A stretch of 64,000 bases of DNA, from assembly GCA_032718475.1 (NCBI GenBank), contig JAUCBJ010006756.1, forward strand, positions 1 through 64,000, given 5' to 3'. The notes under the pieces were generated by a model, which worked only from the letters and a program-made list of their open reading frames with translations, was not told the origin of the DNA and made no database searches. Positions 12,891 through 24,712 of this stretch are shown piece by piece. The DNA is from Nemertoderma westbladi. Its lineage: Eukaryota; Animalia; Xenacoelomorpha. Every line of letters begins with the position of its first letter. Position 1 is the first letter of the stretch. Both the position numbers and the translations under genes were made by a program.

Positions 12891-13618
12891 GGAGAAAGGG
12901 GAGAACCATTACTTTTATATTATTTTTAATTTATTTTATTAGTGTGAATTTACTCACACATATAGTTATATATATATAGTATATAATTTGAATTTTATAT
13001 ATATTTTTTTTTTTTTAGAGGTACCAATCAGTACTAAAATAAGACCAATATGAATTTTTTTGAAAGGGCAGAAATCAAACCAAATCAAAAAGAAAAATAT
13101 TGAAAAAAAAGGAAAAATAATGTTGAAAAAGAAATTTTGAGTTGCAGCCTAAGTAGATCGATAGACTCGCGCAGGTATTATATACCGTCACCAAAATTGC
13201 ACCGCATCTATATATAAATGAGTTAAATGATATTACGGACGGAAAGAATAAGCTTAACATACGATTGCGGAATGTCTAATAGAGTCTGATGGCGTTGGTA
13301 TGGCTAAGAGAGTCTGATGGTATGTCGAGAGTAGATTGTCCGTATTCGTATCAGTACTCCCCATATTCTTGATCCTGTAATATAATGATTACCGTATAAT
13401 GTTAATAGATCGTATAGGGCCTAAGCATAAATTAAATATATATGCTGTCAAGTATGAATTCATAAGATAATTATTAGGTCTATAGTTAATATATCTATAG
13501 CTATAGGTCTATGTTATATATAAATTAATAATATAATTTATAATTATAATTATATATATATATATGTAAATGAATACCGGTATATCAGAAATAATCGAAA
13601 TGGTTGATTTACGAAATT

Positions 13619-16234
13619 TCATTGACTTGATTTGTCAATAGCTGCTTCCAGTAAGCATAATTTATGAATAGGGCGAACGTGTGAACCAGATGACGTTTTG
13701 ACTTTCACAGATCTGACAATGTGGTCATTGTCGGGGAAAGTCTCAATAACTACCCCAGTTTGCCATTTATTTCTGGGCAAGTCATCTTCATGCACAAGTA
13801 CCACATCACTTACCTGCAGGTTATGGACTAGTTTTGCCCACTTACTGCGAAGTGGGAGAGACGTTATATACTCACGGGTCCACTGTGTCCAAAAGCGGTT
13901 TGACAACACCTGTACTTGTTTCCAAGTTTTGGGGCTATATAATATAGCCCCAAAACTTGGAAATATATATGTCTGAATCATCAATATCACCAATAGGGAC
14001 ATCGATGGCACTGTCTTGCAGAAGCAGACGGCGCGGTGTGATTACCTGGTCTCCTGAGGGATCATCGGATACAACACATATAGGCCTACCATTGACAATG
14101 GATTCGACTTCTGATAGTGTTGTAATTAATATATCGTCCGTTACTAATGCTTGCCCAAGGACTGTATGGAGAACATTCTTACATGACTGAATGAGGCGTT
14201 CATACACACCTCCCATATGAGGAGCCCTTGGGGTATTAAACTTCCACTCAACGCCTAACAGTCTTAGATTGTTACTAATACGTTCGTTACTGTCCTGTAT
14301 TGTCGCTTCAATTTCATTTGCGGCACCAACAAAATTAGTGCCATTATCAGAAAATATTTGAATAGGGGTTCCTCTCCGATTGATGAAACGCCTCAGTACA
14401 TTAATAAAGGCATCTGCAGAATAATTAACTGCCACATCTAGATGAATGGCTCGAGAATTGAGGCAAGTTAATAATATAGGCCATCGTTTGACTGAACCAC
14501 GGCCATATTTCGTGCGAAGGGGGCCAAAGGCATCTACTGCTGAGAAGGTAAAAGGAGGTTCATAAGGAGTCAGACGTTGTGGAGGTAGTGAGGCCATCAA
14601 TTAGTTGCCACGAGGTGCATGCGTTTTCCTACAGATGAAACAATTCTGAACCATTTGTCTGCATAACGAATAAAGAGCGAGTATCCAGAACGTTTGTCTT
14701 ATTTCTGTAGCAACATGAGAATATCCTACATGACCAAGGCGTTTATGTGTACTTAACACAATGGATTGAGCGAGGTGATGTTTTGAATCTAAAATTATTG
14801 GATATTTGGCATCATAGCTGACAGGTGCCGCGGTAATACGACCACCAACACGTAAGAGACCATCATCGGTTAGAAATGGCCTGAGTTTGCTTAACGGACT
14901 ATTTATGCTCAACTGAGCACCTGAGTTGAGACAACTGATTTCTTTGGGGAACATTTGTCTTTGCACAAAATAGATAATTCGGTATCCAGAGTGTTTCATC
15001 TCTGGGTGAGTTATTGGGGTGCCTCTTTGAGGAACTACGAATTTGGAGGATATAGAGAAGTGGATGAGGCGCAATAACCAGGCAAAGATAATTCGTAATT
15101 TATTCCAACTGAAGTGAAGTTTCAACAATCGATCAATGGCTGAAACAAAGTACTCTGAATCCTCTGATTGAATGGAATGTACAATGTCTTCATCACAATT
15201 ATCAAGAATGTAGTTTACATATTCTGGAATGGACTCAAAGTCATCAGTTGTAACATGGGAATTGATGTTTGAATTTGCTTCCATTGAACATTCTTCCAAG
15301 TCGACATGGTCATTGGAAAATGTAGTATTAAGGGAAGATAGGAATTTGGGTCCATGCCACCAACTGTCTGAATTAAGAAGTTGTAGAGTTGTGGAACCTC
15401 TACTGGCTAAGTCAGCAGGATTCTCATTTCCTGAAACATGATACCACTGATTGCGGTCTGAATATAGAAGGATATGGGAAACGCGCTGCATGACATACAT
15501 TGGGAATGATTTAGAAGAGTTGTGGATGTACCCAAGAGTTACTGTGGAATCAGACCAGAAATAGGTGGAAGCAATTTGAATGCGGGGTTTAAGATTATCT
15601 AGAAGCATCTGGCCAATGTCAGAAGCTAGCACTGCTGCTTGAAGTTCCAGCTTAGGGACAGTTGGTGCAGATGCAGTCACAGAACGTACTAAACGTGATT
15701 TGGAATAAACTAATGAGACATAGCAGTTTTCCGAAATGATGCGAAGATAAGCCACTACACCATAAGCTGAAATCGAAGCATCAGAAAATATGTGTAGTTC
15801 ATTTAAAGATAAATTGTTATCACAAAGTCCAGTATAACACCTAGGAATAATTAGGGCTGAGAGGTCAGATAATTGATTCAGCCAAGACTGCCATTTCTTT
15901 GCGAGTCTGGCGGGCAGGAGATCATCCCATGAAAGATTTATCAGCCACATTTCACGAATAATAAGGCGACCCTTCAGAATGATCGGAGAAATCCAACCGA
16001 GTGGGTCGTAGATAGTGGCATTTTCAGAAAGGGCAATTCGTTTTGTGTAATATTCACGTTGTTTGGGGTGGAAATTGAATATGAAGCTGTCTGATGATGT
16101 ATCCCAGAGAATTCCAAGAGCTCTGGATACATTAAGATGATCAAGATCTATATTAACTTTACATGGAGCACGCTCACTTACAGGGAAGTGGTTAATGAAT
16201 TCTTCTGAATTGGAAATAAACTTTGTAAGACGAA
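13619..16234 (-). pseudogene. pol: Element B pol, 3' part: end of RT, Pao-type RNase H region, integrase and C-terminal domain
   Basis: LHIFSDAS, NPADLASRG, H..H..CxxC zinc finger, VDAFGP, SDNGTNF, GGVYERLI, VRPIHKLCLLE; in-frame stop at 14601-14603 and frameshift at ~13940. Confidence 0.92.
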
Positions 16235-16508
16235 TGTAAGGGAAATACCCAAACATGAAACAGTACGACACTGTCAAGTATAATAAAACGTAAAAGGTCT
16301 CATAAACTAATAACTGTATAATATAATAAGATAGAACTGACAGGAATATAATATAACAGTATAGAACCACACAGTAAGGGACGCATCAGCTGGATAGCCC
16401 AATCACCATGATAGTCACTATGAATATAATCAACTTACAATGAGTAAACTAATAACTACTATATATGGATAATATATGACCTATCTATACACGAATATAT
16501 TTCGTACA
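16235..16508 (-). repeat. 3' LTR of element C (274 bp)
   Basis: TGTAAGGG...CGTACA, near-identical to 22602-22879; adjacent sense GGCGCGCGGGAG tract. Confidence 0.95.
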
Positions 16509-16861
16509 CTCCCGCGCGCCAAAAAATTTTATTTACACAATTAAAAATATTACAGAATTAACTATTAACCTTCATACGTACCTGATATATATTATACATA
16601 CCATAAATTAAAGGGGGTAAAGTAAAATATTTCAATTATAACAATAACGAGGTCAAAAATAACAAATATACATATAGTTATTAACATGTACTGTTTGATC
16701 AAAAAAAAATTCACTATAAATATTTCATATAGGTTTTTACAAAATTTTGCACATAAATTGGTCATACGTAAATAGGGGCTTACTTAATAAAAACTTCCAG
16801 TGCGACTATTATTTTATTTTATATTTTATTTTATTACATACGTTATAGTTTGATATACTAC

Positions 16862-19800
16862 TTATTCTGATTCGTAGTCTGAACTTGAATCATTTGTGGA
16901 CATTATTTTGATTTTTTGTTTAGCCTCTTTAGCTGCTAAACGCTGAGGTCGTTCCATTGTTTTGATATCAGTCGGGGAAGCAGCTGGTTTTGGTGTAACA
17001 TTCGCCGCTGTTATTTCACTCTCTTTAGCCGTAATTTCTAAAGGGTATAATCGTTTAACTGGTCTGGTTGTCCGCCCTTTATTGGTTCTAATGGTAACGT
17101 AACGAGTCTGGCCGTCGTTTCCAGGATGAAGTTCTAGAACCTTGGCTAATCTCCACTGTAGTCGAGGGGTGTGTTTGCTTCCTTCCACAAGAACAATGTC
17201 ACCCTCTTTTACTTGGGGTCCCTTTTTCTCGTTCCATCTATGCTGTTCACGTAATGCCAATAAATACTCGGCAGACCAACGATTTCTGAAATCCCGCAAT
17301 ATCTTCTGTAAACGGTTTAGACGATCGTTTATATTGGAGGTATTAATATAATCAGGATCCAAAAGATCGCCAATATCTGGATTACTGTCCGGAATATCAG
17401 TTAACCTATAACCACATAGTAATTGAGATGGTGTAATTGGTAGTAGGTCTTTGATATCGGAAGATACATAGGTTAGAGGTCTGTCATTGAGTATCGCCTC
17501 AACCCCTATAAGAAACGTTCTGAGTTCGCTAATAGTAAGTAACGCCTTTCCAATTACGCGTTTTATTGTAAGTTTTGTACAACGAATCATCCTTTCCCAC
17601 ATACCGCCCATCCAAGGGCTGGCCTTAGGAATAAGATCCCATTTTAACCGCTTTTCCAGCAGGTAGTCGCGAACCATAGGATCTTGTTGAATATTTAGTA
17701 GAATTTGTCTGGAAGAAGTGAAGGTGGTTGAATTATCACTTATTAGAATGGATGGGTAACCTCTTCTTCCAACAAAGGAACGGAAGGCTAAAAGAAATTC
17801 CAATGTTGAATTATCGAGAACCAATTCAAGATGAATAGCTCTGGAAACAGTGCATGTAAATAGGGCAATATAAACCTTGAATACTTCTCCATTTTGTTTT
17901 GCTGCTAAACTTCCTGTATAATCAACACCTACAGCTGAGAAAGGACGTTGAAATTGGACTCTGTAGTTAGGAAGTGGAGGAGGTAATGGAGACGCGTAAG
18001 GTTTACCTTGAATCCTAAGGCATTGTTCACATTTGCGAATCATAATTTTCACGCGTTGTCTACTAGATGGTATCCACCATCTTTGTCGAAGATATGCAAC
18101 AGTACTAGACGTACCCTCATGACCATTCCTACTGTGAGCATCTCGGATAATAAGATCTGTAAGATAGTGTTTCTTCGGTAATAATATGGGCTGCTTGGAA
18201 TTCCAATCCAAATCAGCATTGGATAATCTCCCATTGCTCTTTATAATATCGTCACTTAGAAATAACTGTAACTGTCTTACAAGAGTTGGAGTGTTAAATT
18301 TATTTTTGCTCAACAAAAATTCGATTTCCTCCCCAAAACTTTCCCGCTGAACTTTTCGAATCCACCAATGCTCAGCTGTTTTGATGTCTTTCAGTAACAA
18401 ATATGGCTTCTGTTTGGTAATTCTCGTATCAGAATTACTATGCATAAGAATGCTGCCAACTTGTTGATGTTTTAATAAAACACTTTTTCGAATGTTGTCG
18501 ATGTATTTCAAAATCCATGCAGTTACCTTCAACAGACGACTGTAACTGCTAAATAATTCCAAATTTATTGCTACTGGTTCAACTTCCGGAGGGTTAGAAG
18601 ATTCTCCAACTCCGCATACTACATCAACATCATTGTCCATACTCTTGCATTGGAGAGACAACACCTTCTGTTGTGGCCAACTGGAATGATTTATTAACCA
18701 TGGCGGACCGTGCCACCACTGGTCAGAAGATAACAAATTGTTAGCTGTTGTCCCCCTTGAAATAAGATCAGCTGGATTTTCAATCCCTTTAACATGAAAT
18801 ACCTTTGCCTCAAGCTCAGAGATAATATGATTACATTCTGTTACCATCGCCTGTACAAATGAATTCAAGGGTTTTAAAGATAGAAGCCAGCGTTGAGATA
18901 TCTCGCTATCAGTCCAAAGATAAAACTTTGGTAATAATCGCATGTGTCCATACACATTGGATACATATGATAATAACCGCAATCCTAAGTTAAGTGCAGT
19001 TAGTTCCATTTGCGGCAAAGTTAATGACTCCATAGATGATTTTATCGACTTTTCAATTAAAGCTTGTTTCTTTATAGGAACCACTTTCGATTTCGATATG
19101 ACTAATTCCGGTTTATGAATATCATCGACAATATAAATAACGGAACCATAGGCTTTACCTGAAGCATCTGTAAAAGCATGAAATGAAGACTTAGGCGAAA
19201 CCGAAAGCAATTGGCGTTTAATATTGCAATTAAAAATTGCGTGAAGATCGTTGGAAATTATTTCCCATTCATCCCTGAAACTGCCGTGTAGATTTTCGTC
19301 CCACATAACCTTTGCTTTCCATAGCCCTTGAATAAAAATTCTCGATTTTATTCCAATAGGACCAAAAATTCCGAGAGGATCGAAATACTGTGCAACATGG
19401 CTAACTATGATACGTTTTGTTAATACATCCGATTTCATAAATGGATGAGATTTGAATTCTAGAATGTCTTGCGAAAAATTCCATTTCAATCCAAGGAACT
19501 TTATGACTGGTTTAGAATGTTTCGGAGTATCACCATTGTCTATTATGACCTTTGATAATTTGGGACTGTTAGTGACCCATTCTCTTAGAGGTAGATTAGC
19601 ATCGGTAAATATTCTCTTACAGTCATAATAGTATTGAATTAGATTGGTTTCAGAGTCAAATGTTCCCTGTAAGTTATCAATATATAAATTTCTCAAAATC
19701 TCATCTATTATGGGATGTGAATAATTGTTTAAATGTTCACGAATTGTTGCACCCAAAAGGTAAGAACTACAAGTCGCACCAAAAAGGACAACCATGAAAC

Positions 19801-21634
19801 GATAAGTGTTGAATTTACTTTTTGGATCGATAGGATTTGCAGGCCACAAAAACCGGGTAACATCTCTATCAGTTTCATTTAGGCGAATCTGTAAAAATGC
19901 CTTTTCAATGTCTGCAACAACTGCAAATGAACCAGTACGAAATTGCAAAATGCACGAAATAATGTTCGGTGTAAAACAGGGACCGCTGTATAAACAATCA
20001 TTCAAACTAGCACATTTTGGACCAGCTTTTGCAGAACAGTCATAAACTATACGCAATGGAGTTGTAGTTGATTCTGGTTTAGCTACACCATGGTGTGCTA
20101 AATAATGTACTTTATCAGGTAAAATATTATTATCACACGGAACCAGTTCAATAAATTTACGTTGTAATTGGTCTGTAATAATATTATTGTAAACTGAAAG
20201 TAGTTTCGGCGTCTTACGTAATTTAGCCAAGGTACTTGCTAATCTACGTAATGCTAAATTATAGTTTGATGGTAATTTCGGATGATTTGGACGCCATGGA
20301 AGTCCTACACAATATCTACCATCAACGAATTGTAAAGATTTAATAAAGTTTGTATGCACATACTCATCTACAGGACGATTGATATTTTCTGTACTTATAC
20401 CGATACTGTCTAAATCCCACAATCTACTTAACATGTTATCTAGTTTGGTTTCACTATCATTATCTACATTATAATTTGCACCAATGGAAATTAAACACAT
20501 AGTGGTTGTGTTTACTGTAGTGCTAGTATTCACACTAGAATATGGAATTCTACCTGCGATGACGTCACCTAGCACAGATGGTACGCAATATAAACCACTA
20601 GATAATTGCTGTGCGGGTACAAATTCAAAATAATAATCAATGCCAATAATAATCCCGATATCTCTTAAATCATCACCAATAATTGGATCGGCCAATAGTA
20701 ATCCTTTAATATCTGCCCCTTTCAAACTACGTGTGCGACCAGGTATAAAAAAGCGCGGAGGTAATCTATCTACTATAAGCGCACGGACTTCTATATCTCC
20801 TACCTTTGTGGATACTACAAATTGCACAATATCATACCATTCTAATTTACCGTCAGTATTAATGCCATCAATACCAGTACATTTTTTACCCACTATAGGT
20901 AGTTTGAGCAACGCAGCTAAATCTCTTTTAATTAGACTACGTTGGGAGCCTGTATCTAATAAACTTCTATGTTTACTAGTAGTTTTATTTTCACATATTA
21001 TAGGCATATATGCTGTTGGTATAAGAGAAGCATATTTATCGTCATTAGTTATTACACTTGTCTTATTAGTAGCTACAGTAGAAGATACAACTTGTGGATC
21101 AGAATCTGAATTAACAGTTTCGTTTGATGTCGCAACATTACACGTAGAATTTTGTTTGTCACTAGAATGATTTGAGATACTTTTACCTCGGTTGTAATTG
21201 CTGGAAGTATTACCTTTAGAATGGTGATCAAAGTTACTACTTTTAGTACTTTGATCTAAATGTAATAACGTGTGATGTTTTTTGCGACATACACCACATA
21301 CACCAGAACTAGGACAAATCTCACCATGTGCATGTTTACGAAAACAATTTCTGCACAAATGTAATTGTTTAGTACGCATAAACTTATCATAGGGCAAAAT
21401 GTATTTATCACAATTACGCACTACATGATTACCTTGACATAAGTAACATTTAAAGGCCGGGTTTCTATTGCTCACACTTTGAGCTACGGGTAGTGATGTT
21501 GCAGTGCCACCGTGACGCAGCAACACTTTACTATTAGAGCAGATTATCTCGTCATCAGAATCTGCGTTGGCGCGTAACTGTTCAATTTCTTTCTGCAAGG
21601 CAGCCGCAATGAATCCAGCTGCCAATATGTGCAA
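16862..21634 (-). CDS. pol: Element C polyprotein: Zn knuckles, aspartic protease, RT, RNase H, integrase
   Basis: CYLC..H..C, CRNC, CGVC..HH knuckles; LLDTGS; ADIEKAFLQI; YIDN; FTDAS; GVDYTG, SDNSTTF, GGMWERMI; 1590 uninterrupted codons. Confidence 0.95.
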   Translation of the reverse strand: MHILAAGFIAAALQKEIEQLRANADSDDEIICSNSKVLLRHGGTATSLPVAQSVSNRNPAFKCYLCQGNHVVRNCDKYILPYDKFMRTKQLHLCRNCFRKHAHGEICPSSGVCGVCRKKHHTLLHLDQSTKSSNFDHHSKGNTSSNYNRGKSISNHSSDKQNSTCNVATSNETVNSDSDPQVVSSTVATNKTSVITNDDKYASLIPTAYMPIICENKTTSKHRSLLDTGSQRSLIKRDLAALLKLPIVGKKCTGIDGINTDGKLEWYDIVQFVVSTKVGDIEVRALIVDRLPPRFFIPGRTRSLKGADIKGLLLADPIIGDDLRDIGIIIGIDYYFEFVPAQQLSSGLYCVPSVLGDVIAGRIPYSSVNTSTTVNTTTMCLISIGANYNVDNDSETKLDNMLSRLWDLDSIGISTENINRPVDEYVHTNFIKSLQFVDGRYCVGLPWRPNHPKLPSNYNLALRRLASTLAKLRKTPKLLSVYNNIITDQLQRKFIELVPCDNNILPDKVHYLAHHGVAKPESTTTPLRIVYDCSAKAGPKCASLNDCLYSGPCFTPNIISCILQFRTGSFAVVADIEKAFLQIRLNETDRDVTRFLWPANPIDPKSKFNTYRFMVVLFGATCSSYLLGATIREHLNNYSHPIIDEILRNLYIDNLQGTFDSETNLIQYYYDCKRIFTDANLPLREWVTNSPKLSKVIIDNGDTPKHSKPVIKFLGLKWNFSQDILEFKSHPFMKSDVLTKRIIVSHVAQYFDPLGIFGPIGIKSRIFIQGLWKAKVMWDENLHGSFRDEWEIISNDLHAIFNCNIKRQLLSVSPKSSFHAFTDASGKAYGSVIYIVDDIHKPELVISKSKVVPIKKQALIEKSIKSSMESLTLPQMELTALNLGLRLLSYVSNVYGHMRLLPKFYLWTDSEISQRWLLSLKPLNSFVQAMVTECNHIISELEAKVFHVKGIENPADLISRGTTANNLLSSDQWWHGPPWLINHSSWPQQKVLSLQCKSMDNDVDVVCGVGESSNPPEVEPVAINLELFSSYSRLLKVTAWILKYIDNIRKSVLLKHQQVGSILMHSNSDTRITKQKPYLLLKDIKTAEHWWIRKVQRESFGEEIEFLLSKNKFNTPTLVRQLQLFLSDDIIKSNGRLSNADLDWNSKQPILLPKKHYLTDLIIRDAHSRNGHEGTSSTVAYLRQRWWIPSSRQRVKIMIRKCEQCLRIQGKPYASPLPPPLPNYRVQFQRPFSAVGVDYTGSLAAKQNGEVFKVYIALFTCTVSRAIHLELVLDNSTLEFLLAFRSFVGRRGYPSILISDNSTTFTSSRQILLNIQQDPMVRDYLLEKRLKWDLIPKASPWMGGMWERMIRCTKLTIKRVIGKALLTISELRTFLIGVEAILNDRPLTYVSSDIKDLLPITPSQLLCGYRLTDIPDSNPDIGDLLDPDYINTSNINDRLNRLQKILRDFRNRWSAEYLLALREQHRWNEKKGPQVKEGDIVLVEGSKHTPRLQWRLAKVLELHPGNDGQTRYVTIRTNKGRTTRPVKRLYPLEITAKESEITAANVTPKPAASPTDIKTMERPQRLAAKEAKQKIKIMSTNDSSSDYESE

Positions 21635-22533
21635 TTGGCAGCTCTGTTAATGTTGTTCCGCACATCAGCAGGCAGCTTACGCATTAACAATGCAGCGTAA
21701 ACGTAGCCGGCCGCGTCGACGTCAGCGCCCAAATTTTTTAGAGCCCGTAAATGCGACTCGTACGAAGCCCGAAAGGTTGATAAACCTTGAACAGTTCCTG
21801 CAGGTTCATCCATGTCGAAAAACGCATGTAACCGAGCCTGTACCAGTAACTCAGTATTCCCGTAAGTTTCAATTAATAGTTTGACAGCATCTGCATAATC
21901 AGAGTCTGTTCGATGAAAACCGCCTAATAATTCGGAGGCTTGGTCACTAAGACAACCGGTTAGGTAATTAAATTTCGTGGCATTACCAAGATCAGTTCGA
22001 TCGTGAACAGCGTCACGAAAACGATCCCAGAATTCGGACCACTCTAACACCTTACCTGAAAAATGTGGCAAGTTGAGGTTGGGTAGTTTATACTGTTTCG
22101 TTGGAGTTGGATGATACCCGCCATGGCTGTTGTTTGGGTTTGTAAACATGGCACCATGCTGGCCATAACCACCAACGTCATCAATAACGGAAGATGTATT
22201 CGTAGCCCCTCCAGCAACCAGTTGTGCTGTTCGGAGCAGTTTTGCGATGTTTTCGTCATAGCGACTGACTTCATCCAGCTCGTTAAATAAGTCATCATCG
22301 TCCCCGGTTTCTGTCACGAGGAGCTCGATTTTTTCACTGAATTCTCGAATGTTCTTCATTTGAACCTCCACGGAATTGATCTTAGCAAGAATCTCCTCCG
22401 TATTTGGATTCTTTGTGAACACCATCTGTCTAGTATCCATGTACAGAAGAACGTTTAATTCACCAGCAATGCGAGTCACAATAGACCTGTGCCCCCCACG
22501 CCGCCGCTTTAATTGCGTTAATGAATCTGACAT
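21544..22533 (-). CDS. gag: Element C gag (BEL-type capsid-like region), frameshifted from pol at ~21605
   Basis: KLPNLNLPHFSGKVLEWSEFWDRF...KFNYLTGCL motif typical of BEL/Pao Gag. Confidence 0.9.
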   Translation of the reverse strand: MSDSLTQLKRRRGGHRSIVTRIAGELNVLLYMDTRQMVFTKNPNTEEILAKINSVEVQMKNIREFSEKIELLVTETGDDDDLFNELDEVSRYDENIAKLLRTAQLVAGGATNTSSVIDDVGGYGQHGAMFTNPNNSHGGYHPTPTKQYKLPNLNLPHFSGKVLEWSEFWDRFRDAVHDRTDLGNATKFNYLTGCLSDQASELLGGFHRTDSDYADAVKLLIETYGNTELLVQARLHAFFDMDEPAGTVQGLSTFRASYESHLRALKNLGADVDAAGYVYAALLMRKLPADVRNNINRAANCTYWQLDSLRLPCRKKLNSYAPTQILMTR

Positions 22534-22585
22534 AATAATTATTATACAGTACAGTTTATTTTAAGTTAAATTGGCCATTTAATTA

Positions 22586-22598
22586 GGTCCAGGCACCA
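22586..22598 (-). promoter_or_regulatory. tRNA-type primer-binding site of element C
   Basis: Sense TGGTGCCTGGACC 3 nt after the 5' LTR; TGG complements tRNA CCA; cognate tRNA not determined. Confidence 0.75.
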
Positions 22599-22601
22599 AA
22601 A

Positions 22602-22879
22602 TGTAAGGGAAATACCCAAACATGAAACAGTACGACACTGTCAAGTATAATAAAACGTAAAAGGTCTCATAAACTAATAACTGTATAATATAATAAGATA
22701 GAACTGACAGGAATATAATATAACAGTATAGAACCACACAGTAAGGGACGCATCAGCTGGATAGCCCAATCACCATGATAGTCACTATGAATATAATCAA
22801 CTTACAATGAGTAAACTAATAACTACTATATATGGATAATATATGGATAATATATCTATACACGAATATATTTCGTACA
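22602..22879 (-). repeat. 5' LTR of element C (278 bp)
   Basis: Direct repeat of 16235-16508. Confidence 0.95.
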
Positions 22880-24712
22880 ACGAAATCCACCTTTGGATAA
22901 GAACTGGATAAGACTTTCAGCAACAGAAATGGCTTCTTGATGGCTGAATACTGAATGAAGGCAATCATCCACGTAAAAACTTAAAAGAATAATAACGAGG
23001 ATGGCTGTTTCGAAGAGATGTGAATGATCTTCCCCACACCTACGAAGAGTATTTGTGGCAACAGTGCTGGAGCCTCTAGCACCAAATATATGGCATAACA
23101 TTATGAATGTTTCTGTTACATCTGAGCCCTTTGCTTTCCAGAGAAATCTGAGACTATCACTGTCTGATGGAGGAACAAGAACTCTATGATACATGCTTTC
23201 AATATCACAGCTAAAGGCAACTGAGCCGATACGAAAACGTAGCAGTACACCAATGAGAGAGTTGATTAAATTTGGGCCTTCAGTTAGGTTATCATTTAAG
23301 CATGTTCCCTTGTAAGTCGCCGCACAATCATTAACGATTCTGATTTTGTTGGGTTTATTGTCATTTAGAACAAAATGATGAGGAAGATAGTAAGTTTGGT
23401 TAGAGACTGAGTCAACTTCTTCTGGAGACAAGCGTCGAGCATACCCCTGCTCTATGTACGAATCAATCTGCTGTTGATATTTGTCATAGATGTTAGGAAG
23501 CTTCTTGAATCTCTGAAGAAGACCTTGTAGGCGTTTTACAGCAAGAGGTTTATTATTATGTAAGTTTGGGGGTGGACTTTTCCACATCATAGCGACTTCA
23601 TACCTACCATTTATGAACTTGGTAGTTTTGTTTAATGTGTTGAGAGCTTCTAAGCAATCGCTGGAAGGGGATGGCTTATCATCACCAGGAAGAGAATGCA
23701 AGCAATTGCTAAGATCAGAGAATCCGAGGGAAAGTTCAATGTCAATGTTTTGTTTGATACATTGAGCTATATCTGAGTGACAGGAAGTGTCAAGATTATC
23801 AAAACACTCCACATAAGAAGAATGTTCGACTAAATTATCGCATATATCAATAGGACCCATTAAAGACCATCCAAATGGTGTTCTGACGGCAGAAGGCTGA
23901 TTACTCGGGTCTGGGGCCATAATGTACTCATTACGTTTCAGGGCTTGAGGATGATTCATACCAAGTAGGACTGAAATCATGTTGACATCAATGTCTGGAA
24001 TTGAATAAAGATCATCAGCAATTTCGTTGAGGTAAGAATAGTCACAAATTGTGACCTGTGAGATGTCTTGGGTATGAGCCTGTTGGAAATTATTTACTGA
24101 GTATACAATAGGTAGAAAAACCTGAAAATGAGGGTCTGAAGCAGGCATACCTTCGACTGGTGCAACTGAAACTGACACGACATCAACACTTCTAGCAGTA
24201 GAGTCAAATGCTGTTTTGAATGAACGATTACAGTTTTTCTTAACAAGATTTAACTTATCAGAAATTGACTGGTCAATAAAGGCACAAGTAGAACCTTCAT
24301 CTAATAGAGCATAGGTTGTAATATGCCTATCACCTGAGATTAATTTGATTGGGACAATAGATAGCCATGTCCTTTTATTGGAATGTGAGGTACTGAAAAT
24401 AGCTTGAAGGTTAGGACGAGTGATTATAATATTATCATTGATGTGATTCAAGGGTGATGAAATGCTCTTACTAGGTGTTGAAGATTTGTTTATTGATGCA
24501 ACAGCGACAGGATTAGAAGATGATACAATACTGGAAGTGGTTCCTGCCATTGATGAAGGGGTTGTAGGTTTTGTAACTTGAGGATCGTGTAAGATTGTGT
24601 GGTGTTTGCTACCATTGCATACCTTACAAAGTAATTTTGAATTACAACTTGAAAGCACATGTTTAAATGATAAACATCTGTGACATCCCTTCTCTCTGGA
24701 ATGAAATGCCAC
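22880..24712 (-). pseudogene. pol: Element B pol, 5' part: knuckles, protease, RT
   Basis: CHRC, CKVC..HH, LLDEGS, SCDIESMYHRV, FYVDD; truncated by insertion of C. Confidence 0.92.

Larger units (their letters stand above)
16235..22879 (-). mobile_element. BEL/Pao LTR retrotransposon C (6645 bp, youngest, near intact), inserted in the RT of B
   Basis: LTRs 16235-16508 and 22602-22879, TSD ACGAA (16230-16234, 22880-22884); splits B motif KGGFR|LTKFISNS; PBS and PPT present. Confidence 0.96.

Noticed and set aside
16235-16370. Hydrophobic N-terminus of the 589-aa ORF resembling a signal or transmembrane segment
   Set aside because: It is C's LTR read in frame into B pol by chance of insertion
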